In this document: positions 1-7,491 of the stretch, piece after piece
Numbering within the stretch: position 1 is the first letter of the stretch
Layout of the letters: each line of letters starts with the position of its first letter
Origin: Thermosulfurimonas dismutans
GTDB lineage: Bacteria > Desulfobacterota > Thermodesulfobacteria > Thermodesulfobacteriales > Thermodesulfobacteriaceae
Direction of reading: 5' to 3'
Assembly (NCBI RefSeq): GCF_001652585.1
Contig: NZ_LWLG01000019.1
Location: 1 to 32,000 of the forward strand
Length of the DNA: 32,000 bases
Notes under the pieces: generated by a model
The model's input: only the letters and a program-made list of their open reading frames with translations
Database searches by the model: none
What the model was told of the DNA's origin: nothing
Position numbers and translations under genes: made by a program

Positions 1-24
1 TATCATTTCCTTTAAACCCTTCAT
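1..24 (-). CDS. 5' end of an unidentified minus-strand gene running off the left edge (M-K-G-L-K-E-M-I...)
   Basis: Reverse complement reads AGGAGG-tatagag-ATG, so a strong SD sits 7 nt upstream of the ATG at 24..22. Only 8 codons are visible, so the product is unknown. Confidence 0.3.
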
Positions 25-171
25 CTCTATACCTCCTTATCCGATATTACTTCCTATTACTTTCTTAGTAATTCCCACAAACCTTGTCAATATATAAACT
101 AAATTTCCAATTTTCCATTAAATTAATTTACCTCTCAATCTGATATTTTATATAACAAATTTACTTAATAT

Positions 172-221
172 ATAACTACCTAATAATTGAAAATTTTAAT
201 TTCCAGATATTAGGTAGTTAT
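172..221. promoter_or_regulatory. Perfect 14-bp inverted repeat ATAACTACCTAATA / TATTAGGTAGTTAT separated by 22 nt, in a very AT-rich intergenic region
   Basis: Arms at 172..185 and 208..221 are exact reverse complements (checked by hand). The repeat lies downstream of the MerR-like gene and about 150 nt upstream of the leftward gene start at 24. Confidence 0.35.
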
Positions 222-366
222 CAATAGAGGGGAGGGGATATTTAAGTTAAGGGAGGCCCAACACGGAAACTTTGATCACGACTATCAAAAAATAAATTAT
301 TCCTTATATTTTGATTTCATTCACAGCAAGAAAAATTAATTATAGCAAATTTAAAACTAGTTTTCA

Positions 367-825
367 TTAAGAATTATTGTTTTTATTCTCTTTTTTCTTA
401 TCTTTATTTAATAAATAGGCTTTATCCCTTAAATATATCTCGCAACTTTCGCACCTCTGCATTTTTTTACAAGCTGAATTTACCAGCTGCCAGCATGGTT
501 TAGCCCTTTCACGGTAGGCCGTACATTCTCGCCGAACTTCTTCTGGACAGTCCTTGATGACCCAACATGGGGTCAATTCCAAAAGTTTTTTTATCCCTGG
601 AATACTAATACCTTCATCGTGAATAAAAGAACGCAGACATTTCAACCATTCAATATCATTATAAGAAAAATATCTCTTATTACCCTTTTTCACGGGCTTA
701 ACCAGGCCCTCTTGCTCATAGATCTTGAGAGTCCTGGGATTAACGCCCAAAATTTTGGCCGCGACCCCAATAGGAAACACAGGCTCATCCTTTTCAGGGA
801 CTACCTTTTCGAGCCATTTAGCCAT
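367..825 (-). CDS. MerR-family HTH transcriptional regulator with a cysteine-rich C-terminal domain (two PCW motifs)
   Basis: The N-terminus FPIGVAAKILGVNPRTLKIYEQEGLVKP...RYFSYNDIEWLKCLRSFI is a typical MerR HTH plus wing. The C-terminus TPCWVIKDCPEEVRRECTAYRERAKPCWQLVNSACKKMQRCESC carries 7 Cys. Confidence 0.8.
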   Translation of the reverse strand: MAKWLEKVVPEKDEPVFPIGVAAKILGVNPRTLKIYEQEGLVKPVKKGNKRYFSYNDIEWLKCLRSFIHDEGISIPGIKKLLELTPCWVIKDCPEEVRRECTAYRERAKPCWQLVNSACKKMQRCESCEIYLRDKAYLLNKDKKKENKNNNS

Positions 826-920
826 ACAACCCTCCCTGAAAAGAGATCATCTCCTTCTTAAATTAATAAACCTTTGAATCAAAAACAAGTGGAAAAAATT
901 TTTTCCACAACAAAAGAAAT

Positions 921-945
921 AAAAAAGGGGGCTTACGCCCCCTTT
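921..945 (-). terminator. Rho-independent terminator downstream of the cytochrome c3 gene
   Basis: The minus strand reads GGGGGC-GTAA-GCCCCC followed by TTTTTT. It sits 23 nt after the stop at 968. Confidence 0.75.
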
Positions 946-967
946 CAGGAAGCAGGCTACCTTATGA

Positions 968-1369
968 CTATTTCTTATGACAACCGGTGCATTTTACCGG
1001 ACCATGCTTCTTACCGGCTTTCTTCATAGACTTATGACACCCCTTACAATTAGCGTGCATGGCCTTCTTTACGGAGTTGAGCTTCTTGTTGGGGTGACTC
1101 TTGTTGTGACAGGTCTCGCATTTCTCGATCTTCATGCCCTCTTTGTAGGGTACCTGCTTCCAGTCCGCCGTTTTGCTGTGGTGACACTCTCCGCAATTGC
1201 CGTTGAGAATCTCTTGATGCTTATGATGCGAAAAGGTAACCGTGGTTTTTTTCATTTTTGGGGAAGGCAATTTGATAACCTCTGGGCCCTTATTACAACT
1301 ACCCGTACCAACCCCATAAACTCCCAAAATTAACCCTACGGCTCCCAACATCGCCAACCATTTACGCAT
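968..1369 (-). CDS. Tetraheme cytochrome c3 (class III), secreted
   Basis: Four CXXCH heme motifs are present (CGECH, CETCH, CKGCH, CTGCH), along with a signal peptide MRKWLAMLGAVGLILGVYGVGTGSC. The start was moved from 1522 to the ATG at 1369, which follows GGAGGAGGAG. A TTGACC-17-TATAAA promoter lies just upstream. Confidence 0.9.
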   Translation of the reverse strand: MRKWLAMLGAVGLILGVYGVGTGSCNKGPEVIKLPSPKMKKTTVTFSHHKHQEILNGNCGECHHSKTADWKQVPYKEGMKIEKCETCHNKSHPNKKLNSVKKAMHANCKGCHKSMKKAGKKHGPVKCTGCHKK

Positions 1370-1399
1370 AGCTCCTCCTCCTTTTTTAGTTTTATAAAA

Positions 1400-1428
1400 T
1401 TTATAACCCTGGAGATTCGAAAGGTCAA
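1400..1428 (-). promoter_or_regulatory. Sigma70-like promoter for cytochrome c3 (TTGACC - 17 nt - TATAAA)
   Basis: On the minus strand the -35 TTGACC is at 1428..1423 and the -10 TATAAA at 1405..1400, with a hand-counted 17-nt spacer. This lies inside the over-extended part of ORF 968..1522. Confidence 0.5.
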
Positions 1429-1499
1429 AAATCAAAAAGGGCGCTTTTTCCACTTTTAACAGATTTTTAACCCAAAAGAAACCCAACACCCTTTTTTGT

Positions 1500-2222
1500 C
1501 TAAAGAATCTTTGCCAAAACAAAACCTAATTCAAAAAGAAGATAGAAAGCCATAAAGATCAATATCTGAGACACAAAATCTCCCGGGACAAGGAAAAGAG
1601 CTAATAAATAGATACCACCTAGAAAATACCATTTTTTTCTTCCAAAAAGGCGACGAGAAATAATTTTAACCTTGGTCAAAACAGCCACCGCCAAAGGGAC
1701 CTCTGCCACCAGAGCCGAAACCAAAAGGGTTTTTCCAATGAAGGAAAGATAGTTCTGAACCCTGAGATTGGCCTCAAAATTAGTATAACCGAAAGATAGA
1801 AAGAACTTGAGAAGAGGAGGTAAAAAGACAAAATATCCTAGAGCTGTTCCTAGAACCATGAGGACAAATGAAAATATAAGGATCTTTTTGGCGAAACGTC
1901 TCTCATCCGGAAAAAGTCCCGGAGAAATGTAGGCCCAACCGTGATAGACCAGAAAGGGCAAGGTGAGGGTTAGGGCCAAAAAAAAGGTGGCCTTGATAGC
2001 GGCCATGATGCCCTCGGGAAGAGAGGTAAAAACCAGGTGGAGTTCTCTTGAACTCATGGCCTGTTTGTAAGGCCAAAGAAAAAAGACCGTAAGCTTAGGA
2101 AAAAAATAGAAAAGAAGACACCAGAAGAAAAAGAGGATCACAATGCAAAATAGCAGTCGCTTTCTTAATTCAGCAAGGTGGACTTCCAGAGGAAGACGAG
2201 GAAGGTCTCGACGGGGAATCAT
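1500..2222 (-). CDS. tatC: Twin-arginine translocase subunit TatC
   Basis: 240 aa polytopic membrane protein. The N-terminal HLAELRKRLL motif and overall TatC pattern are present, and it is adjacent to a TatB-like gene with a 4-nt overlap. Confidence 0.93.
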   Translation of the reverse strand: MIPRRDLPRLPLEVHLAELRKRLLFCIVILFFFWCLLFYFFPKLTVFFLWPYKQAMSSRELHLVFTSLPEGIMAAIKATFFLALTLTLPFLVYHGWAYISPGLFPDERRFAKKILIFSFVLMVLGTALGYFVFLPPLLKFFLSFGYTNFEANLRVQNYLSFIGKTLLVSALVAEVPLAVAVLTKVKIISRRLFGRKKWYFLGGIYLLALFLVPGDFVSQILIFMAFYLLFELGFVLAKIL

Positions 2223-2491
2223 TTTGGCTCTTTAGGTGCCGCACTAGTAGGGTTCTTGATTAGCTCGCCGGGCTTTAAATCCGAGGCTTCTACTTTAAGA
2301 TCTCCTATTTCCTTTTTGGCCTCTTCGATTTCATCCAGGGCGAGCTCTTTTTTAAGTTCTTCGGTAGCTCTCCGGAATTCCACCACCAGACGGGCTACGG
2401 CCCGGGCCATATCGGGCAGTTTCTCAGGCCCTACTACCACTAAGGCGACAATGAAGATGACCACCAGCTCTGGAAAACCGATGTTAAACAT
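2219..2491 (-). CDS. tatB: Twin-arginine translocase TatA/B-family protein (TatB-like, 90 aa)
   Basis: MFNIGFPELVVIFIVALVVVGPEKLP followed by an amphipathic helix is the TatA/B signature. The start was moved to the ATG at 2491 (M17 of the track ORF). Confidence 0.8.
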   Translation of the reverse strand: MFNIGFPELVVIFIVALVVVGPEKLPDMARAVARLVVEFRRATEELKKELALDEIEEAKKEIGDLKVEASDLKPGELIKNPTSAAPKEPK

Positions 2492-3605
2492 CGCGATAAA
2501 CCCTCTGATTCCTGCGTCCAATAGCACATAAGATCTCATAGCTTATAGTCCCGGCAAGTTCAGCTAGTTCATCCACCGGGACTTCCTCCTTAGGCCCTCC
2601 GAGGAGGATAACTTCTTCTCCAGGCAAGACCTCGTTTTCGATTTCGCTTACATCCAGAGTCAGACACCTCATAGAAATTGCTCCTATTACAGGGACTCGG
2701 CGACCTCTGAGCCAGGCAAAGCCCTTATGACTCAAACTACGTAGATAACCATCATCATAGCCCACCGGAACTAACGCCACACGACGCTCGGAAGGAGCCC
2801 GATAAAGAGGGCCATACCCTAAAGCCGCTCCTTTTTTCAAAGATCGAACTTGAAGTATTCGAGCTTTGAAGGTCATCACAGGTTTTAATTTAACATAGGC
2901 CCGGGCCTTGAAGGAGGGGTAACTGCCATAAAGACTAATTCCAGGACGGACCATGTTCCCCGAGGCCCCTCTTAAGAAAATGAGGCCAGCCGAGTTGGCC
3001 AGGTGAAAAAAACGGGGTTTCAAACCTTGACTTAATATCACTTGTTTAACCTCTAAAAAACATCTCTGTTGTTCTTGTGTGAGGGGATCATCTGGCTTTT
3101 CCGCACAAGCCAGATGACTCATTACTCCCGAAAGTTTTAAGTGAGGATTTTTGGAAAGAATTTCAAACACCCTCGGAAGTTCTTCCGGATCTATTCCGAA
3201 ACGGTTCATGCCGGTATTGATTTTGAGGTGGAATTCCATACTGAGGCCTTTTCTTTGGAGGAATTTTCCCAATTCTTCGAGCATTTTTACCGAAACCACC
3301 ACCGGAATGATTCTCAATTGATAAATCTCCGGGAGCCAATCCTTTTCAAAACCCGAAAGCAGAAGGATAGGGAGCGCCAGCCCGGCCTTTCTCAACCTCA
3401 AGGCCTCTTCCGGCTCGGAGACTCCAAAGCCATAGGCTCCTTCCTCGGCCAGCACACGGGCCACTTCCAGAAGCCCGTGTCCGTAGGCTTCACTTTTTAT
3501 AACCGGAAGTATAGCGATTTTGGGGGAAAGAAGAGCCCTTAAAGCCCTAAAATTAACCCTCAGAGCCCAGAGATTGATTTCCACCCATCGAGACCAGCGA
3601 ATCAA
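2484..3605 (-). CDS. alr: Alanine racemase
   Basis: Carries the PLP-lysine motif PVIKSEAYGHG and a C-terminal YEILCAIGRR-type tail. The likely start is the TTG at 3605 (MIRWSRWVEINLWAL), preceded by AGGAGG. The track start at 3662 is also a TTG and adds 19 residues, so the start is uncertain. Confidence 0.88.
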   Translation of the reverse strand: MIRWSRWVEINLWALRVNFRALRALLSPKIAILPVIKSEAYGHGLLEVARVLAEEGAYGFGVSEPEEALRLRKAGLALPILLLSGFEKDWLPEIYQLRIIPVVVSVKMLEELGKFLQRKGLSMEFHLKINTGMNRFGIDPEELPRVFEILSKNPHLKLSGVMSHLACAEKPDDPLTQEQQRCFLEVKQVILSQGLKPRFFHLANSAGLIFLRGASGNMVRPGISLYGSYPSFKARAYVKLKPVMTFKARILQVRSLKKGAALGYGPLYRAPSERRVALVPVGYDDGYLRSLSHKGFAWLRGRRVPVIGAISMRCLTLDVSEIENEVLPGEEVILLGGPKEEVPVDELAELAGTISYEILCAIGRRNQRVYRDV

Positions 3606-3706
3606 TAGCCTCCTTGGTTTAAGGACTATCCTTGATTTACCCCAATCTTTTTTGGTTGGCAAAACCCAAGAAGAGAGCTATTTTTGAAAAATCTAAGGAA
3701 ACGATC

Positions 3707-3734
3707 TTGACAAAGAAGTTAAAATACATATTAT
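3707..3734 (+). promoter_or_regulatory. Near-consensus sigma70-like promoter upstream of sufC (TTGACA - 16 nt - TATTAT)
   Basis: TTGACA at 3707..3712 and TATTAT at 3729..3734. The sufC ATG is at 3767, preceded by AAGGAG. Confidence 0.5.
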
Positions 3735-3766
3735 TAGATAAAAATACTCCACAAAAGGAGAAGTCC

Positions 3767-4519
3767 ATGGTCAAGGAACCCCTATTAGAGATTCAAGATC
3801 TATGGGTAGAGGTAGAAGGAAAAGAAGTCCTGAAAGGTGTAAGCCTTACCATTCCGAAGGGCGAAACTCACGCCCTATTCGGAAGGAACGGTTCTGGAAA
3901 GACCACTCTTCTTATGACCATCATGGGCTTTCCCACCTATAAAGTTAGACATGGCAAAATCATTTTCAAAGGCGAAGACATTACGCATCTTCCACCCTTT
4001 GAGAGGGCTCGTCGAGGCATCGGCATCATGTTTCAGAGGCCACCCACCATCCGGGGAGTAAAACTTCGTGAAATGCTAAAGTTGTGTGCTAAAGAGAACG
4101 GAATCAAAATCGAAGAACTGGCTCGGGAATTTGGTTTCGAGGGCTTTCTTGAACGAGATGTCAACCGAGGATTTTCGGGGGGGGAGCTCAAAAAGAGCGA
4201 ACTTTTACAACTATTGATCCAAGACCCGGATCTCGTTCTTCTTGATGAGCCGGAATCTGGTGTGGACATGGAAAATATTCAAGTAGTAGGACGCATGATT
4301 CGTAAGCTCCTCCAGAAAGACACCCATCGTCCGCGGACTAAAAGTGGACTCATTATCACCCACACCGGATTCATTCTTCAGTTCGTACCGGCAGATTTGG
4401 GCTACGTAATGATGGATGGCACCATATATTGTCAAGGTAACCCTCAGGAAATATTTGAGGGCATTCAAAAACACGGTTATGAGGAGTGTGTGTCATGCCT
4501 GAAAAGAATAGAAGCCTAG
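3767..4519 (+). CDS. sufC: Fe-S cluster assembly ATPase SufC
   Basis: Walker A GRNGSGKTTL, ABC signature FSGGELKK and Walker B LVLLDEPESGVD are present. The start was moved to the ATG at 3767, 6 nt after AAGGAG. Confidence 0.95.
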   Translation: MVKEPLLEIQDLWVEVEGKEVLKGVSLTIPKGETHALFGRNGSGKTTLLMTIMGFPTYKVRHGKIIFKGEDITHLPPFERARRGIGIMFQRPPTIRGVKLREMLKLCAKENGIKIEELAREFGFEGFLERDVNRGFSGGELKKSELLQLLIQDPDLVLLDEPESGVDMENIQVVGRMIRKLLQKDTHRPRTKSGLIITHTGFILQFVPADLGYVMMDGTIYCQGNPQEIFEGIQKHGYEECVSCLKRIEA

Positions 4520-5664
4520 AACCGAAGGTTGAGGAATTTAAGTCGGCCAAGGAAGGGAACATTCCCCGTTCTATAGAGGAGTTTACTCCCGAGGAGTGGG
4601 CTCGCCTCAAGGAGGTAGGCATTGAGCCGGATGCCTCCCGGGAGGGCGAATTCTTCCAAGCGGACGCTCGGGTAGTCCATTGCCGTAGTATTCCGGAGGG
4701 CCTTGAGCTTCTTCCGGTAACCGAGGCCCTCGAAAAATACGACTGGCTGTCGGATTACTGGTGGAAGTCGGTATCGGCGGATAAAGATGAATATACCAAA
4801 GCGACGGCCGAGGATCTTGATGACGGGTATTTCATTCGAGTCCTTCCAGGATACCGTCTGGTCTATCCCGTGCAGACCTGCCTTTACATCCGCACCCCGG
4901 GAGTAGTGCAGAAGGTGCACAATATTGTCATCGTGGAGGAAGGGGCAGAACTAAACCTCATCACAGCCTGTACTACCCATCCGGGAGTAAGATCCAGTTT
5001 CCACATCGGGGTTTCAGAGTTCTACGTCAAGAGGAATGCCAAACTCACCTTTACCATGATCCATAACTGGGCGGATGAGACCCATGTAAGACCTAGAACC
5101 GGAGTTATCGTGGAGGAAGGAGGAACTTACATTTCCACCTATGTCACACTCCATCAGGTAGCTACCATTCAAACCATGCCGGACTGCCGCCTGGTAGGGC
5201 CCGGAGCCAAGGCCACCTTTGGCTCGGTGGTAGCTGCTCCCAAAGGCTCGTATCTTGATCTCGGAGCTCGGGTCTCTCTTGAGGCTCCGGAAACGCGGGC
5301 CGAAATCATTTCTCGGAGCGTAAGCTACGGAGGAGAGAGTCTCGCCCGGGGACACCTTATTGGAAAGGCTCCAGAGGTAAAGGCCCATCTTGAATGCCAA
5401 GGGCTTATGCTTTCAGATGAAGGAGCCATCAAGGCTATCCCACAGCTAGATGCCTATTACTCCAATGTAGAAATGTCGCATGAGGCCGCGGTCGGCAAAG
5501 TAGCCCAGGAAGAGATCGAATACCTCATGGCCCGAGGCCTTTCAGAGGAAGAGGCCACATCTCTTATCGTACAAGGATTCCTCAATGTACGGATCGAAGG
5601 ACTTCCCGAAGAGCTTCAAAAGCGCATAGATAAAGCTATAGAGCTCGCCCGTGAAGGACTCTAA
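4495..5664 (+). CDS. sufB: Fe-S cluster assembly scaffold, SufB/SufD family
   Basis: The C-terminal region (...HEAAVGKVAQEEIEYLMARGLSEEEATSLIVQGF) is typical of SufB/D. It overlaps the sufC 3' end. The ATG at 4495 follows GAGGAG by 8 nt. Confidence 0.85.
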   Translation: MPEKNRSLEPKVEEFKSAKEGNIPRSIEEFTPEEWARLKEVGIEPDASREGEFFQADARVVHCRSIPEGLELLPVTEALEKYDWLSDYWWKSVSADKDEYTKATAEDLDDGYFIRVLPGYRLVYPVQTCLYIRTPGVVQKVHNIVIVEEGAELNLITACTTHPGVRSSFHIGVSEFYVKRNAKLTFTMIHNWADETHVRPRTGVIVEEGGTYISTYVTLHQVATIQTMPDCRLVGPGAKATFGSVVAAPKGSYLDLGARVSLEAPETRAEIISRSVSYGGESLARGHLIGKAPEVKAHLECQGLMLSDEGAIKAIPQLDAYYSNVEMSHEAAVGKVAQEEIEYLMARGLSEEEATSLIVQGFLNVRIEGLPEELQKRIDKAIELAREGL

Positions 5665-6748
5665 ATTAGAAGTGAAACCCTGGCTTAAAGAGCTCTCGCC
5701 TTATCCGCCGGGAAAAAGTCTGGCGGAGGTAAGGCGGGAGCTTGGCTTAAAAGGTCCCATTTATAAACTGGCTTCCAACGAGAATCCTCTGGGGCCTTCT
5801 CCCATGGCTCTTACGGCCATAAGGGAAAGGCTCTCCGAAATTCATCGCTATCCTGAGGCCTCCGGACGAGACCTTTCCGAGGCTCTTGCGAAACGTTTCG
5901 GAGTAAAGCCTGAAATGGTAGTCCTCGGGAATGGCTCCAACGAGGTCATTGATCTTCTCATAAGGGCCCTGGTTTCTCCAGGGGAGGAGATCATTTTGAG
6001 CGCACCTACTTTCCTCATGTATGAAAAATTCGGGGCTGCTGCCGGAGCAAAGTTTAGCAGAATCCCCCTCAAAGAGTTTAAACACGATCTTTCGGCCATC
6101 CTTGAAGCCGTAAACGAAAGGACTCGCATCATTTTTCTGGATCATCCCCACAATCCCACCGGCTCTGTCCTTGAAAGAGAACCCTTTGAAGACTTTTTGG
6201 CTAAGCTCCCCAGTAGCATTTTAGTAGTAATAGATGAAGCTTACGGTGAATTTGTAAGAGACGAAAAGGCCATCTCTGGAATAGAGTATCTCAAGAAAGG
6301 ATATCCAGTAGCAGTACTTCGAACTTTCTCCAAGGCTTACGGACTAGCCGGCCTTAGGGTAGGTTATGGTCTGATGTCGGAAACCCTTTCTCGGATCTTA
6401 AACGCCATGCGCCAGCCCTTCAACGTCAATATCCTGGCCCAGGTAGCGGCGCTTGCGGCCCTTGAAGATGAGGAACACCTTGAGAAAACCCTAAAGCTTA
6501 CCTGGGAAGGGCTGGATTACTTCTACCAAGAACTCCCTCGTCTGGGCCTAAGGCCCCTTCCATCTCAAGCCAACTTCCTTCTCGTGGATTGCCAACGATC
6601 TGCCAGACCTATCTATGAGGTCCTCCTCAGACGGGGTATCATCGTAAGACCTATGGAGGCTTACGGTTTTCCCAATTATCTAAGAATTTCCATCGGACTG
6701 CCTCACGAAAACGAAGCCTTAGTGGCGGCTTTAGAAGATATCCTATGA
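5651..6748 (+). CDS. hisC: Histidinol-phosphate aminotransferase
   Basis: LASNENPLGPSP and the PLP-lysine context TFSKAYGLAGLRVGY are present. The GTG start at 5651 is not well supported by an SD, so the start is uncertain. Confidence 0.88.
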   Translation: MKDSKLEVKPWLKELSPYPPGKSLAEVRRELGLKGPIYKLASNENPLGPSPMALTAIRERLSEIHRYPEASGRDLSEALAKRFGVKPEMVVLGNGSNEVIDLLIRALVSPGEEIILSAPTFLMYEKFGAAAGAKFSRIPLKEFKHDLSAILEAVNERTRIIFLDHPHNPTGSVLEREPFEDFLAKLPSSILVVIDEAYGEFVRDEKAISGIEYLKKGYPVAVLRTFSKAYGLAGLRVGYGLMSETLSRILNAMRQPFNVNILAQVAALAALEDEEHLEKTLKLTWEGLDYFYQELPRLGLRPLPSQANFLLVDCQRSARPIYEVLLRRGIIVRPMEAYGFPNYLRISIGLPHENEALVAALEDIL

Positions 6749-7437
6749 GTGTTCTTCCCAAAATTATTACTATAGACGGTCCTGCAGGGGCCGGGAAGAC
6801 CACTGTGGCCCGTATGCTGGCCCAGAAACTGAAATACGCCATTCTGGAGTCTGGAAGCATCTATCGGACCTTTACCTGGTTGCTCCTTTCTAAAAAACGG
6901 GAACTCCTTCCTCTGAGGAATGAAGCCAAAATCTTGGAGGTTCTTAAAGAGGAGATTCCCAAACTAGATATCAAGGCTGATTCTCAGGGGCTCAAAGTTT
7001 CTTACCAGGGAACGGACCTCACCCAAGAGCTTCGGGAACCTGAGGTGGAGGCCCATGTTTCCGAGGTAGCCGCTCTCCCTAGTGTGCGTAAGTTGGCCAA
7101 TGAAATTCTACAAAGGATTGCGGAAAATAGACCGATAGTGGCCGAAGGACGGGATATGGGATCGGTGGTCTTTCCGAAGACCAAGGCCAAATTTTTCCTT
7201 ACCGCCGATCCCCGTATCAGGGCTGAAAGAAGATATCTTGAATGGCAGGCCAAAGGTCTTGTAGCCTCGAAGGAAGAGGTCCTTTCCAAAATCAAAGAGC
7301 GGGACCATAAAGATTCTTCTCGTACGGAGGCCCCTTTAACGGTGCCAGAAGGGGCCATCGTTATAGACACCACCACTCTATCGCCTGAGGAAGTCGTAAA
7401 TCGCATTCTTGAAGCCCTGAAAAGTTCCCACCCTTGA
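6745..7437 (+). CDS. cmk: Cytidylate kinase
   Basis: ITIDGPAGAGKTT P-loop and the overall Cmk pattern are present, with an ATGA overlap onto the hisC stop. Confidence 0.93.
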   Translation: MSVLPKIITIDGPAGAGKTTVARMLAQKLKYAILESGSIYRTFTWLLLSKKRELLPLRNEAKILEVLKEEIPKLDIKADSQGLKVSYQGTDLTQELREPEVEAHVSEVAALPSVRKLANEILQRIAENRPIVAEGRDMGSVVFPKTKAKFFLTADPRIRAERRYLEWQAKGLVASKEEVLSKIKERDHKDSSRTEAPLTVPEGAIVIDTTTLSPEEVVNRILEALKSSHP

Positions 7438-7491
7438 AGCCTTCCCATATCTCTGGTATAAGCTCATCCAAAGTCTTTGGGAGGACAAATC

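Noticed and set aside
1-366. AT-rich ORF-free region considered as a replication origin or CRISPR leader
   Set aside because: There is no cluster of DnaA-box-like TTATCCACA sequences, only one partial TTATCCGAT. There are no direct repeat-spacer units, and dnaA or dnaN are not nearby.
968-1522. N-terminal extensions proposed by the ORF track (cytochrome c3 to 1522, sufC from 3632, resB to 16420, RHH from 27384, IHF-Ppx from 10016, tatB to 2539)
   Set aside because: In each case an internal ATG with a strong SD coincides with the conserved family N-terminus or signal peptide. The extensions overlap promoters or neighbouring genes.
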